Assembly: GCA_964016885.1 (NCBI GenBank)
Contig: OZ024740.1
Span: 420,856,001 to 420,920,000 of the forward strand
Direction of reading: 5' to 3'
DNA length: 64,000 nt
DNA from: Eledone cirrhosa
Taxonomy: Eukaryota
The notes under the pieces are model-generated. The model ran no database searches. It was not told the DNA's origin and was given only the letters and a program-made list of their open reading frames with translations. Of the stretch, positions 13,973-26,370 are shown piece after piece (position 1 is the stretch's first letter; each line of letters starts with the position of its first letter). The translations under genes were made by a program, and so were the position numbers.

Positions 13973-16900
13973 TGTTAGTATGGTAGGAGCTCTCTATAAC
14001 TGTAGCTTAGTAGTGGAAGGATTTGGGTGAAGTGTTTAGTATGGTAGGAGCTCTCTATAACTGTAGCTTAGTAATGGAAGGATTTGGGTGAAGTGTTTAG
14101 TATGGTAGGAGCTCTCTATAACTGTAGCTTAGTAGTGGAAGGATTTGGGTGAAGTGTTTAGTATGGTAGGAGCTCTCTATAACTGTAGCTTAGTAATGGA
14201 AGGATTTGGGTGAAGTGTTTAGTATGGTAGGAGCTCTCTATAACTGTAGCTTAGTAATGGAAGGATTTGGGTGAAGTGTTTAGTATGGTAGGAGCTCTCT
14301 ATAACTGTAGCTTAGTAATGGAAGGATTTGGGTGAAGTGTTTAGTATGGTAGGAGCTCTCTATAACTGTAGCTTAGTAATGGAAGGATTTGGGTGAAGTG
14401 TTTAGTATGGTAGGAGCTCTCTATAACTGTAGCTTAGTAATGGAAGGATTTGGGTGAAGTGTTTAGTATGGTAGGAGCTCTCTATAACTGCAGTTTAGTA
14501 GTGGAAGGATTTGGGTGAAGTGTTTAGTATGGTAGGAGCTCTCTATAACTGTAGCTTAGTAATGGAAGGATTTGGGTGAAGTGTTTAGTATGGTAGGAGC
14601 TCTCTATAACTGTAGCTTAGTAATGGAAGGATTTGGGTGAAGTGTTTAGTATGGTAGGAGCTCTCTATAACTGCAGTTTAGTAGTGGAAGGATTTGGGTG
14701 AAGTGTTTAGTATGGTAGGAGCTCTCTATAACTGTAGCTTAGTAATGGAAGGATTTGGGTGAAGTGTTTAGTATGGTAGGAGCTCCCTCTAACTGTAGCT
14801 TAGTAATGGAAGGATTTGGGTGAAGTGTTTAGTATGGTAGGAGCTCTCTATAACTGTAGCTTAGTAATGGAAGGATTTGGGTGAAGTGTTTAGTATGGTA
14901 GGAGCTCTCTATAACTGTAGCTTAGTAATGGAAGGATTTGGGTGAAGTGTTTAGTATGGTAGGAGCTCTCTATAACTGTAGCTTAGTAATGGAAGGATTT
15001 GGGTGAAGTGTTTAGTATGGTAGGAGCTCTCTATAACTGCAGTTTAGTAGTGGAAGGATTTGGGTGAAGTGTTTAGTATGGTAGGAGCTCTCTATAACTG
15101 TAGCTTAGTAATGGAAGGATTTGGGTGAAGTGTTTAGTATGGTAGGAGCTCTCTATAACTGTAGCTTAGTAATGGAAGGATTTGGGTGAAGTGTTTAGTA
15201 TGGTAGGAGCTCTCTATAACTGTAGCTTAGTAATGGAAGGATTTGGGTGAAGTGTTTAGTATGGTAGGAGCTCTCTATAACTGTAGCTTAGTAATGGAAG
15301 GATTTGGGTGAAGTGTTTAGTATGGTAGGAGCTCTCTATAACTGTAGCTTAGTAATGGAAGGATTTGGGTGAAGTGTTTAGTATGGTAGGAGCTCTCTAT
15401 AACTGCAGTTTAGTAGTGGAAGGATTTGGGTGAAGTGTTTAGTATGGTAGGAGCTCTCTATAACTGTAGCTTAGTAATGGAAGGATTTGGGTGAAGTGTT
15501 TAGTATGGTAGGAGCTCCCTCTAACTGTAGCTTAGTAGTGGAAGGATTTGGGTGAAGTGTTTAGTATGGTAGGAGCTCTCTATAACTGTAGCTTAGTAAT
15601 GGAAGGATTTGGGTGAAGTGTTTAGTATGGTAGGAGCTCTCTATAACTGTAGCTTAGTAATGGAAGGATTTGGGTGAAGTGTTTAGTATGGTAGGAGCTC
15701 TCTATAACTGTAGCTTAGTAATGGAAGGATTTGGGTGAAGTGTTTAGTATGGTAGGAGCTCTCTATAACTGCAGTTTAGTAGTGGAAGGATTTGGGTGAA
15801 GTGTTTAGTATGGTAGGAGCTCTCTATAACTGTAGCTTAGTAATGGAAGGATTTGGGTGAAGTGTTTAGTATGGTAGGAGCTCTCTATAACTGTAGCTTA
15901 GTAATGGAAGGATTTGGGTGAAGTGTTTAGTATGGTAGGAGCTCTCTATAACTGTAGCTTAGTAATGGAAGGATTTGGGTGAAGTGTTTAGTATGGTAGG
16001 AGCTCTCTATAACTGCAGTTTAGTAGTGGAAGGATTTGGGTGAAGTGTTTAGTATGGTAGGAGCTCTCTATAACTGTAGCTTAGTAATGGAAGGATTTGG
16101 GTGAAGTGTTTAGTATGGTAGGAGCTCCCTCTAACTGTAGCTTAGTAGTGGAAGGATTTGGGTGAAGTGTTTAGTATGGTAGGAGCTCTCTATAACTGCA
16201 GTTTAGTAGTGGAAGGATTTGGGTGAAGTGTTTAGTATGGTAGGAGCTCCCTCCCTATAACTGCAGTTTAGTAGTGGAAGGATTTGGGTGAAGTGTTTAG
16301 TATGGTAGGAGCTCCCTCCCTATAACTGCAGTTTAGTAGTGGAAGGATTTGGGTGAAGTGTTTAGTATGGTAGGAGCTCTCTCTAACTGTAGCTTAGTAG
16401 TGGAAGGATTTGGGTGAAGTGTTTAGTATGGTAGGAGCTCTCTATAACTGTAGCTTAGTAATGGAAGGATTTGGGTGAAGTGTTTAGTATGGTAGGAGCT
16501 CTCTCTAACTGTAGCTTAGTAGTGGAAGGATTTGGGTGAAGTGTTTAGTATGGTAGGAGCTCTCTATAACTAGCTTAGTAATGGAAGGATTTGGGTGAAG
16601 TGTTTAGTATGGTAGGAGCTCTCTCTAACTAGCTTAGTAGTGGAAGGATTTGGGTGAAGTGTTTAGTATGGTAGGAGCTCTCTATAACTGTAGCTTAGTA
16701 GTGGAAGGATTTGGGTGAAGTGTTTAGTATGGTAGGAGCTCTCTATAACTGTAGCTTAGTAGTGGAAGGATTTGGGTGAAATGTTTAGTATGGTCGGAGG
16801 TCTCTATAACTGTAGCTTAGTAGTGGAAGGATTTGGGTGAAGTGTTTAGTATGGTAGGAGCTCTCTATAACTGTAGCTTAGGATTTGGGTGAAGTGTTTA

Positions 16901-19900
16901 GTATGGTAGGAGCTCTCTATAACTGTAGCTTAGGATTTGGGTGAAGTGTTTAGTATGGTAGGAGCTCTCTGTAACTGCAGTTTAGTAATGGAAGGATGTA
17001 GGTGAAGTGTTTAGTATGGTAGGAGCTCTTTGTAACTGCAGTTTAGTAGTGGAAGGATTTGGGTGAAGTGTTTAGTATGGTAGGAGCTCTCTATAACTGT
17101 AGCTTAGTAGTGGAAGGATTTGGGTGAAGTGTTTAGTATGGTAGGAGCTCCCTCCCTATAACTGCAGTTTAGTAATGGAAGGATTTGGGTGAAGTGTTTA
17201 GTATGGTAGGAGCTCTCTATAACTGTAGCTTAGTAGTGGAAGGATTTGGGTGAAGTGTTTAGTATGGTAGGAGCTCTCTATAACTGTAGCTTAGGATTTG
17301 GGTGAAGTGTTTAGTATGGTAGGAGCTCTCTATAACTGTAGCTTAGGATTTGGGTGAAGTGTTTAGTATGGTAGGAGCTCTCTATAACTGTAGCTTAGGA
17401 TTTGGGTGAAGTGTTTAGTATGGTAGGAGCTCTCTGTAACTGCAGTTTAGTAATGGAAGGATGTAGGTGAAGTGTTTAGTATGGTAGGAGCTCTTTGTAA
17501 CTGCAGTTTAGTAGTGGAAGGATTTGGGTGAAGTGTTTAGTATGGTAGGAGCTCTCTATAACTGTAGCTTAGTAGTGGAAGGATTTGGGTGAAGTGTTTA
17601 GTATGGTAGGAGCTCTCTATAACTGTAGCTTAGTAGTGGAAGGATTTGGGTGAAGTGTTTAGTATGGTAGGAGCTCTCTATAACTGTAGCTTAGTAATGG
17701 AAGGATTTGGGTGAAGTGTTTAGTATGGTAGGAGCTCTCTATAACTGTAGCTTAGTAGTGGAAGGATTTGGGTGAAGTGTTTAGTATGGTAGGAGCTCTC
17801 TATAACTGTAGCTTAGTAGTGGAAGGATTTGGGTGAAATGTTTAGTATGGTCGGAGGTCTCTATAACTGTAGCTTAGTAGTGGAAGGATTTGGGTGAAGT
17901 GTTTAGTATGGTAGGAGCTCTCTATAACTGTAGCTTAGGATTTGGGTGAAGTGTTTAGTATGGTAGGAGCTCTCTATAACTGTAGCTTAGGATTTGGGTG
18001 AAGTGTTTAGTATGGTAGGAGCTCTCTGTAACTGCAGTTTAGTAATGGAAGGATGTAGGTGAAGTGTTTAGTATGGTAGGAGCTCTTTGTAACTGCAGTT
18101 TAGTAGTGGAAGGATTTGGGTGAAGTGTTTAGTATGGTAGGAGCTCTCTATAACTGTAGCTTAGTAGTGGAAGGATTTGGGTGAAGTGTTTAGTATGGTA
18201 GGAGCTCCCTCCCTATAACTGCAGTTTAGTAATGGAAGGATTTGGGTGAAGTGTTTAGTATGGTAGGAGCTCTCTATAACTGTAGCTTAGTAGTGGAAGG
18301 ATTTGGGTGAAGTGTTTAGTATGGTAGGAGCTCTCTATAACTGTAGCTTAGGATTTGGGTGAAGTGTTTAGTATGGTAGGAGCTCTCTGTAACTGCAGTT
18401 TAGTAATGGAAGGATGTAGGTGAAGTGTTTAGTATGGTAGGAGCTCTTTGTAACTGCAGTTTAGTAGTGGAAGGATTTGGGTGAAGTGTTTAGTATGGTA
18501 GGAGCTCTCTATAACTGTAGCTTAGTAGTGGAAGGATTTGGGTGAAGTGTTTAGTATGGTAGGAGCTCTCTATAACTGTAGCTTAGTAGTGGAAGGATTT
18601 GGGTGAAGTGTTTAGTATGGTAGGAGCTCTCTATAACTGTAGCTTAGTAATGGAAGGATTTGGGTGAAGTGTTTAGTATGGTAGGAGCTCTCTATAACTG
18701 TAGCTTAGTAGTGGAAGGATTTGGGTGAAGTGTTTAGTATGGTAGGAGCTCTCTATAACTGTAGCTTAGTAGTGGAAGGATTTGGGTGAAATGTTTAGTA
18801 TGGTCGGAGGTCTCTATAACTGTAGCTTAGTAGTGGAAGGATTTGGGTGAAGTGTTTAGTATGGTAGGAGCTCTCTATAACTGTAGCTTAGGATTTGGGT
18901 GAAGTGTTTAGTATGGTAGGAGCTCTCTATAACTGTAGCTTAGGATTTGGGTGAAGTGTTTAGTATGGTAGGAGCTCTCTGTAACTGCAGTTTAGTAATG
19001 GAAGGATGTAGGTGAAGTGTTTAGTATGGTAGGAGCTCTTTGTAACTGCAGTTTAGTAGTGGAAGGATTTGGGTGAAGTGTTTAGTATGGTAGGAGCTCC
19101 CTCCCTATAACTGCAGTTTAGTAATGGAAGGATTTGGGTGAAGTGTTTAGTATGGTAGGAGCTCTCTATAACTGTAGCTTAGTAGTGGAAGGATTTGGGT
19201 GAAGTGTTTAGTATGGTAGGAGCTCTCTATAACTGTAGCTTAGGATTTGGGTGAAGTGTTTAGTATGGTAGGAGCTCTCTGTAACTGCAGTTTAGTAATG
19301 GAAGGATGTAGGTGAAGTGTTTAGTATGGTAGGAGCTCTTTGTAACTGCAGTTTAGTAGTGGAAGGATTTGGGTGAAGTGTTTAGTATGGTAGGAGCTCT
19401 CTATAACTGTAGCTTAGTAGTGGAAGGATTTGGGTGAAGTGTTTAGTATGGTAGGAGCTCTCTATAACTGTAGCTTAGTAGTGGAAGGATTTGGGTGAAG
19501 TGTTTAGTATGGTAGGAGCTCTCTATAACTGTAGCTTAGTAATGGAAGGATTTGGGTGAAGTGTTTAGTATGGTAGGAGCTCTCTATAACTGTAGCTTAG
19601 TAGTGGAAGGATTTGGGTGAAGTGTTTAGTATGGTAGGAGCTCTCTATAACTGTAGCTTAGTAGTGGAAGGATTTGGGTGAAATGTTTAGTATGGTCGGA
19701 GGTCTCTATAACTGTAGCTTAGTAGTGGAAGGATTTGGGTGAAGTGTTTAGTATGGTAGGAGCTCTCTATAACTGTAGCTTAGGATTTGGGTGAAGTGTT
19801 TAGTATGGTAGGAGCTCTCTATAACTGTAGCTTAGGATTTGGGTGAAGTGTTTAGTATGGTAGGAGCTCTCTGTAACTGCAGTTTAGTAATGGAAGGATG

Positions 19901-20880
19901 TAGGTGAAGTGTTTAGTATGGTAGGAGCTCTTTGTAACTGCAGTTTAGTAGTGGAAGGATTTGGGTGAAGTGTTTAGTATGGTAGGAGCTCTCTATAACT
20001 GTAGCTTAGTAGTGGAAGGATTTGGGTGAAGTGTTTAGTATGGTAGGAGCTCCCTCCCTATAACTGCAGTTTAGTAATGGAAGGATTTGGGTGAAGTGTT
20101 TAGTATGGTAGGAGCTCTCTATAACTGTAGCTTAGTAGTGGAAGGATTTGGGTGAAGTGTTTAGTATGGTAGGAGCTCTCTATAACTGTAGCTTAGGATT
20201 TGGGTGAAGTGTTTAGTATGGTAGGAGCTCTCTATAACTGTAGCTTAGGATTTGGGTGAAGTGTTTAGTATGGTAGGAGCTCTCTATAACTGTAGCTTAG
20301 GATTTGGGTGAAGTGTTTAGTATGGTAGGAGCTCTCTGTAACTGCAGTTTAGTAATGGAAGGATGTAGGTGAAGTGTTTAGTATGGTAGGAGCTCTTTGT
20401 AACTGCAGTTTAGTAGTGGAAGGATTTGGGTGAAGTGTTTAGTATGGTAGGAGCTCTCTATAACTGTAGCTTAGTAGTGGAAGGATTTGGGTGAAGTGTT
20501 TAGTATGGTAGGAGCTCTCTATAACTGTAGCTTAGTAGTGGAAGGATTTGGGTGAAGTGTTTAGTATGGTAGGAGCTCTCTATAACTGTAGCTTAGTAAT
20601 GGAAGGATTTGGGTGAAGTGTTTAGTATGGTAGGAGCTCTCTATAACTGTAGCTTAGTAGTGGAAGGATTTGGGTGAAGTGTTTAGTATGGTAGGAGCTC
20701 TCTATAACTGTAGCTTAGTAGTGGAAGGATTTGGGTGAAGTGTTTAGTATGGTAGGAGCCCCCTCCCTATAACTGCAGTTTAGTAGTGGAAGGATTTGGG
20801 TGAAGTGTTTAGTATGGTAGGAGCTCCCTCCCTATAACTGCAGTTTAGTAATGGAAGGATTTGGGTGAAGTGTTTAGTAT
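13973..20880 (+). repeat. 61-bp satellite (~115 copies) with 52- and 65-bp variants
   Basis: Unit gtgtttagtatggtaggagctctctataactgtagcttagtaatggaaggatttgggtgaa. Confidence 0.98.
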
Positions 20881-20932
20881 GAAACCTGTGGAGGCCGACA
20901 ATAGAAAAGTAGGTAGCTACATTAAATAGATT

Positions 20933-21129
20933 TAGGCAGTGTGGCAGTATTGGGAGAGGGTCGGACGCCATGCTTTGACGTATAGAGTTACGGCCCTTGC
21001 CATTCTGAGTTCAAATCCCGCCGAGGTTAACTTTGCCTTTCATCCTTACGGGGTCGATAAAATAAAGTACCAGTAATGCACTGGGTAATTGCTGGCTTGT
21101 GTCTAACGTAGAAACAATTATTATTATTA
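20933..21129 (+). mobile_element. tRNA-derived SINE family 1
   Basis: A box tggcagtattgg, B box gagttcaaatc, body gcctttcatccttacggggtcgataaaataaagtaccag, (ATT)n tail. Confidence 0.9.
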
Positions 21130-21139
21130 CAAATAAAAA

Positions 21140-21340
21140 GGACGGTGGCTTGGCAGAGTCGCTAGAGTATCGGACAGCATGCTTTGCGGCATATAGTTAT
21201 GGCCCTTTACGTTTTGAGTTCAAATCCTAGCTTTGCCCGAGGTTAGCTTTGCCTTTCATCCTTACGGGATCGATAAAATAAAGTACCAGTAATGCACGGA
21301 GTAATTGCTGGCCTTGAGCTAAAAGAAGAAACAATTAATT
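21140..21340 (+). mobile_element. tRNA-derived SINE family 1 (tandem second copy)
   Basis: Same layout as 20933-21129. Confidence 0.88.
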
Positions 21341-21456
21341 TCTTAACTATAATTACTAGTAAAAATCCGATGCTACGCTGCCGGTAAAATACACACAAAC
21401 AACTAGAAAAATAACTATGTATTATCTAATATATATATATATATATATATATTCAA

Positions 21457-21816
21457 TATATTAATAAATGGAAACTATATTTATAAAACCATATTTATTT
21501 TATTATACATATTAATGTAAATGTGGTTGGTGTTAGGAAGGGCATCCAACTGTAGAAAACCTGCCAGACAGTCCTATGCGAGCAAGACAATCACTCTTGC
21601 CTCAAGTGGGACTACCCCCGTCCAAACCCATGCAAGCGTGGAACACGGACGTTAAACGGTGATGATGATGATGATTTCAAGGGCACCAAGGCAAATTATG
21701 GTGCGCTTTCATCAGATAACTGATGAAAGCGCACCATAATTTGCCTCGGTTGCCCTTGAAATATGTATAATAAAATAAATATGGTTTTATAAATATAGTT
21801 TCCATTTATTAATATA
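21457..21816. mobile_element. Palindromic Penelope-like pLTR fragment with a truncated HHR, interrupted by an RTE
   Basis: The left arm (21457-21513 plus 21674-21715) is the reverse complement of 21720-21816. The right arm reads CTGATGA-aag...ctt-GAAA-tatg-TA. Confidence 0.75.
21516..21675 (+). mobile_element. RTE 3'-UTR fragment
   Basis: Near-identical to 6044-6209; (GAT)n tail. Confidence 0.93.
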
Positions 21817-22379
21817 CTGTGTATTTACTCCACTAACTAGTTGAGTGCTTTATATCAGTTATAAAATTTTTTAAGCTTGTTGAATCCCAATAAATTAAAT
21901 ATAACCTCTGCATATATATATAGGTGTGACGGATAAATGTCATGGTCCTTTTTGAAGTCTTTGTTACATTGTCTATATGTTGAAGGACACACACATATAC
22001 ATATATATATATATACGCACATATATATATATATACACATACACAAACACGTTTTTTTACAACTAAATGACCGGCTCACAACAATGGAAAACATTGTTGT
22101 AGACTTCAGAGAAACGTTTCCTAATGAGATATTGAAATATGTCAGTTTGTTATTATGACGTCACTGTATTGTTGAATTACCCTTTGAACTGTCTGACAGC
22201 TTGCCTGTCTGCCTGTTTGTCTATCTCTATCTATCTATCTGTCTGTCTGTCCAAACAACCAGAATAAAAATTACGTATTATATATACATATACGCGTGAC
22301 AGACGAAAGTCTGTGTTGCTCTATAGTTTGAAGTTTTTTTTTTTAAATCTATTTTTTCGCACGCACGCACGCACGCACG

Positions 22380-22462
<83 letters not shown>
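22380..22462. repeat. (TA)n microsatellite preceded by (CGCA)n
   Basis: Direct reading. Confidence 0.95.
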
Positions 22463-22466
<4 letters not shown>

Positions 22467-22491
22467 TGTAATAAACAACATAAGGCAATTA

Positions 22492-22551
22492 TTCCATTTA
22501 CCAGTGGTTTCTTAAAAGCAAAAGATTTTGCTTTCAATCCTCAGAATGAAA
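22492..22551 (-). ncRNA. Type I hammerhead ribozyme (minus-strand arm)
   Basis: Reverse complement of 22650-22709. Confidence 0.85.
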
Positions 22552-22649
22552 AAATCCTGGTCTGTTTATTGAATTTGGATGAAGTGTTTAGTATGGTAGG
22601 AGCTCTCTATACTATACTAAATCCAAATTCAATAAACAGACCAGGATTT

Positions 22650-22709
22650 TTTCATTCTGAGGATTGAAAGCAAAATCTTTTGCTTTTAAGAAACCACTGG
22701 TAAATGGAA
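22650..22709 (+). ncRNA. Type I hammerhead ribozyme (plus-strand arm)
   Basis: tttcatt-CTGAGGA-ttgaaagcaaa(atct)tttgcttttaa-GAAA-cc(act)gg-TA-aatggaa: 7-bp stem I, 11-bp stem II, short stem III, GUA cleavage site at 22702. Confidence 0.87.
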
Positions 22710-23400
22710 TAATTGCCTTATGTTGTTTATTACATAACTATTAAGCTCTGTTACCTACATAGAGCACTCTTTTTTCCTGGACTTTTCCGACGGAATTACT
22801 TCATTTACACACATATATATAATTGTATTTATATCAACAAGAGAAATACAATTAGATAGATATTGGAATATGTTAATTTGTTATTATGAGGTCACCGTAT
22901 TGTTGAATTACGCTTTAAATTATCTATCACACACTCTCACTGTATTTCTCTCTCAACAATAACAACCTGACAATTTAGTGTCTTTTCTTAAAGTCTATCG
23001 TCATACCGTCATTCTGATATCATAAACAATCCACACACCCTCTCTTTTTCTTACACTGCTTCTCTCTCTCTCGACTACAACGACTATTCCCCCCCCCCTC
23101 CTCTCGTGCATATATGTTGTGACGGACAGACAGACAGACGGAAAAACAACTTCTCTCTTTTCATTAAAACTTGGTGGCATAGGTATCGGTTGTTATATCT
23201 GTGTATATAACGTGTTGTAAATAAATACATATACACCAGGGTCCGAACACAAAGGAACCAAACTCCCACTGTCACCGCCTCCGTCATTCCTGGTTTTTAA
23301 AAAATATTTTCTTCTAAATCATAACTGAATGATAAGAGATGTAAAGAATTCTGTTTTTAAATTGGTTTTAGAGGATGTCAAGAATTTAGAGAATTGATTC

Positions 23401-23616
23401 TTAACCTTTTAGTGTTTACATTACTCTATATATATTATTGTATTTTTGTGGTAAAGGCTTTACCTCACATAATTCCAAATCTACAAGATTTTGATGTTAT
23501 TTATTTTGAGAAAAATACCGTAACATCATAATGAGTGGCCAGTTACAGCCAGTTTGAACAGAAAGAGATGAGAAAATTCTGGTCAGATATGGCCGGTTTA
23601 AATGCTAAAGGGTTAA
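23401..23616. mobile_element. piggyBac-like MITE, family A
   Basis: ttaaccttttagtgttta...taaatgctaaagggttaa. Confidence 0.85.
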
Positions 23617-23944
23617 AAATCTATTGCCATGTTTCTCGTAGTCTTGCCTGTTGCTGTCTTTTTCCCACTCACATTAGAAATATATGCACAGAAATATAAA
23701 GAAGTGGTTTGGAGTCTTCACACTATGGCCCCAGAATGTGGTGAAATACTCCTACTAATCTATCTTCAATTGAGATCACCCCACCCCACGCCCCCCATTA
23801 TACACTTCAACCTCACTTTGAGATAAAGATTTTTATCTTGAAATATTTTCTTAACAAGTTTGATTTGGTCATTTATTATATACTTAATTAGTCACTGATA
23901 TAGGGGTTCCTGGTTATTGTTGTTTGACTAGTAATATTAAGACC

Positions 23945-24030
23945 TGTGGCTGAGTGGTTAAAGAGTTGGATTCTTGAACCGGGTGATGTGTTATGTCCTT
24001 GAGCAAGACACTTTATTTCACATTGTTCTT
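23945..24030 (+). mobile_element. CORE-like SINE 5' fragment
   Basis: tggctgagtggttaa...tgtccttgagcaagacactttatttcacattg. Confidence 0.75.
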
Positions 24031-24517
24031 TCTGTCAGGAGTTGCAACTGGTAGATAGCATCAGCAATAGAAAGACCAACAGAAACAATATCTCTTTGGT
24101 CCAATTTGATGAGGTCCATCTCACTCAGTAAGTGAGATCTGGGATTTTGTCAATTGACTCCTTTTTTTTAAATATATTACAATATATATTCCATACATTA
24201 CAATATATATTCCATACATTACAATATATATTCCATACTTTACAATATATATTCCATACATTACAATATATATTCCATACATTACAATATATATTCCATA
24301 CATTACAATATATATTCCATACTTTACAATATATATTCCATACTTTACAATATATATTCCATGCATTACAATATATATTCCATACTTTACAATATATATT
24401 CCATACTTTACAATATATATTCCATACTTTACAATATATATTCCATACATTACAATATATATTCCATACTTTACAATATATATTCCATACATTACAATAT
24501 ATATTCTATACTTTACA

Positions 24518-26370
24518 CTGGCATAGCAGCATCATCGTTAACTGTTATAAGGGTAAAGGAGACACCCTAGATAGGAGTAACTATAGAGGCATTAAATTAA
24601 TCGACCAGGTCATGAAGGTCACGGAAAAAGTAATAGCGCAACTAATCAGAGAGAGAATTGACCTAGATGAAATGCAGTTCGGGTTTGTGTCAGGCAAAAG
24701 TACCACAGACGCTCTTTTCATAGTACGACAACTACAGGAGAAGTACCTAGCTAAAGGTAAACCCCTCTACTTAGCTTTTGTCGACTTGGAGAAAGCCTTC
24801 GACAGAGTCCCCCGCTCCATTATCTGGTGGGCTCTTAGAAAACTAGGCGTTGACGAATGGCTTGTGAGAGCTATACAAGCCATGTATAAAGAAACAGTCA
24901 GCAAGGTTAGAATTAACAACGAATATAGTGAAGAGTTTAGCGTAAAAGTTGGCATCCATCAGGGCTCTGTTCTCAGCCCCCTACTATTTATTATTGCCCT
25001 TCAGGCTATAACAGAGGAGTTCAAGACCGGCTGCCCATGGGAACTCCTATACGCAGACGACCTGACACTCATAGCGGAATCAATGGCCGAGCTAGAGAAG
25101 AAATTCCAAACATGGAAGCACGGCCTAGAGTCAAAAGGACTTAAAATTAACCTGGCTAAGACTAAAGTTCTAGTTTGTAGGAAAGAAAACAAGGCGGCGG
25201 TCCCTTCTGGGAAATGGTCGTGCTCGGTGTGAAGGAAAGGCGTAGGTAGAAACTCCATTTTATGTCCTAAATGCAAAGTATGGGTGCATAAAAGATGTAG
25301 TGGGATCACAGGTAAGCTAACTAAGAACATAGATTTTACATGTGGCCGGTGTTCTGGTGCAATAAGTAGCAGCAAGTGCCCACAGAATACTAGCTCTTTC
25401 AATTGCGCAGAGGGTTCTATAGAAATAGTGGACAGCTTCCGTTATCTGGGCGATAAAATCAGCAGTGGGGGAGGGTGCTCTGAAAGTACAGTAGCTAGAG
25501 TCAGAACTGGATGGAAAAAGTTCAGAGAGCTTATCCCACCATTGGCTGCTAAAGGGTTCTCCCTAAAAATGAAAGGCAGGTTGTACGATGCCTGCATACG
25601 AACAGCAATGTTGCATGGCAGTGAGACCTGGGCATTGTGTGCAGAGGATATACGCAGACTAGAGAGGAACGAAGCTTGCATGCTCCGCTGGATCTGTAAC
25701 AGTAATATATGTGAACGGCAAAGCATAAACGAACTAAGGAAAAAATTAGAAATAAGAGGGATCAGATGTTGTTTACTCGAGAGAAGGCTACGTTGGTATG
25801 GACACGTGATGCGCATGAAAGTCGATAGCTGTATAACAAAGTGCAGGGCAATAAAGATAGACGGTAGCCACGGAATAGGCAGACCTAGAAAAACCTGGGA
25901 CGAGCTGATAAACTCCGACCTCACACACTTACACCTCTCCAAGACAATGTCACTGGACCGAGACCTTTGGCGGTACTCAGTAACAGAGAAGACCCGCCTT
26001 GCCAGTAGGCATCTCTAACAAAATACACCCCGTCCCACCACCACCACCCCCACCCCATCCACACCACCCCGTTCTATGTAAAGTTATGTTGGTGCCGCGC
26101 CATCCAGGCCGAAACAAATGAGATCGTGTAGGTGTCACGACAAAAAAACACACAGTCCACGCTGTAATGTGGCCGTGTAGGCAACACGGTAAAAACCTCC
26201 CAGACCCACACTGTAAATGTGGTTGGTGTTAGGAAGGGCATCCAACTGTAGAAAACCTGCCAGACAGTCCTATGCGAGCAAGACAATCACTCTTGCCTCA
26301 AGTGGGACTACCCCCGTCCAAACCCATGCAAGCGTGGAACACGGACGTTAAACGTTGATGATGATGATGA
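24518..26370 (+). mobile_element. 5'-truncated RTE-clade LINE (RT, C-terminus, 3' UTR, (GAT)n tail)
   Basis: RT motifs KGKGD...[47 protein letters not shown]. No endonuclease domain is present. Confidence 0.97.
24519..26018 (+). pseudogene. RTE ORF2 reverse-transcriptase remnant
   Basis: One continuous frame broken by TGA at 25230-25232 (Cys in the 6238-7722 copy); no start codon. Confidence 0.9.

Larger units (their letters stand above)
22460..22741. repeat. Perfect 121-bp inverted repeat with a 40-bp spacer (Penelope-like inverted pLTR)
   Basis: 22460-22580 is the reverse complement of 22621-22741. Confidence 0.95.
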
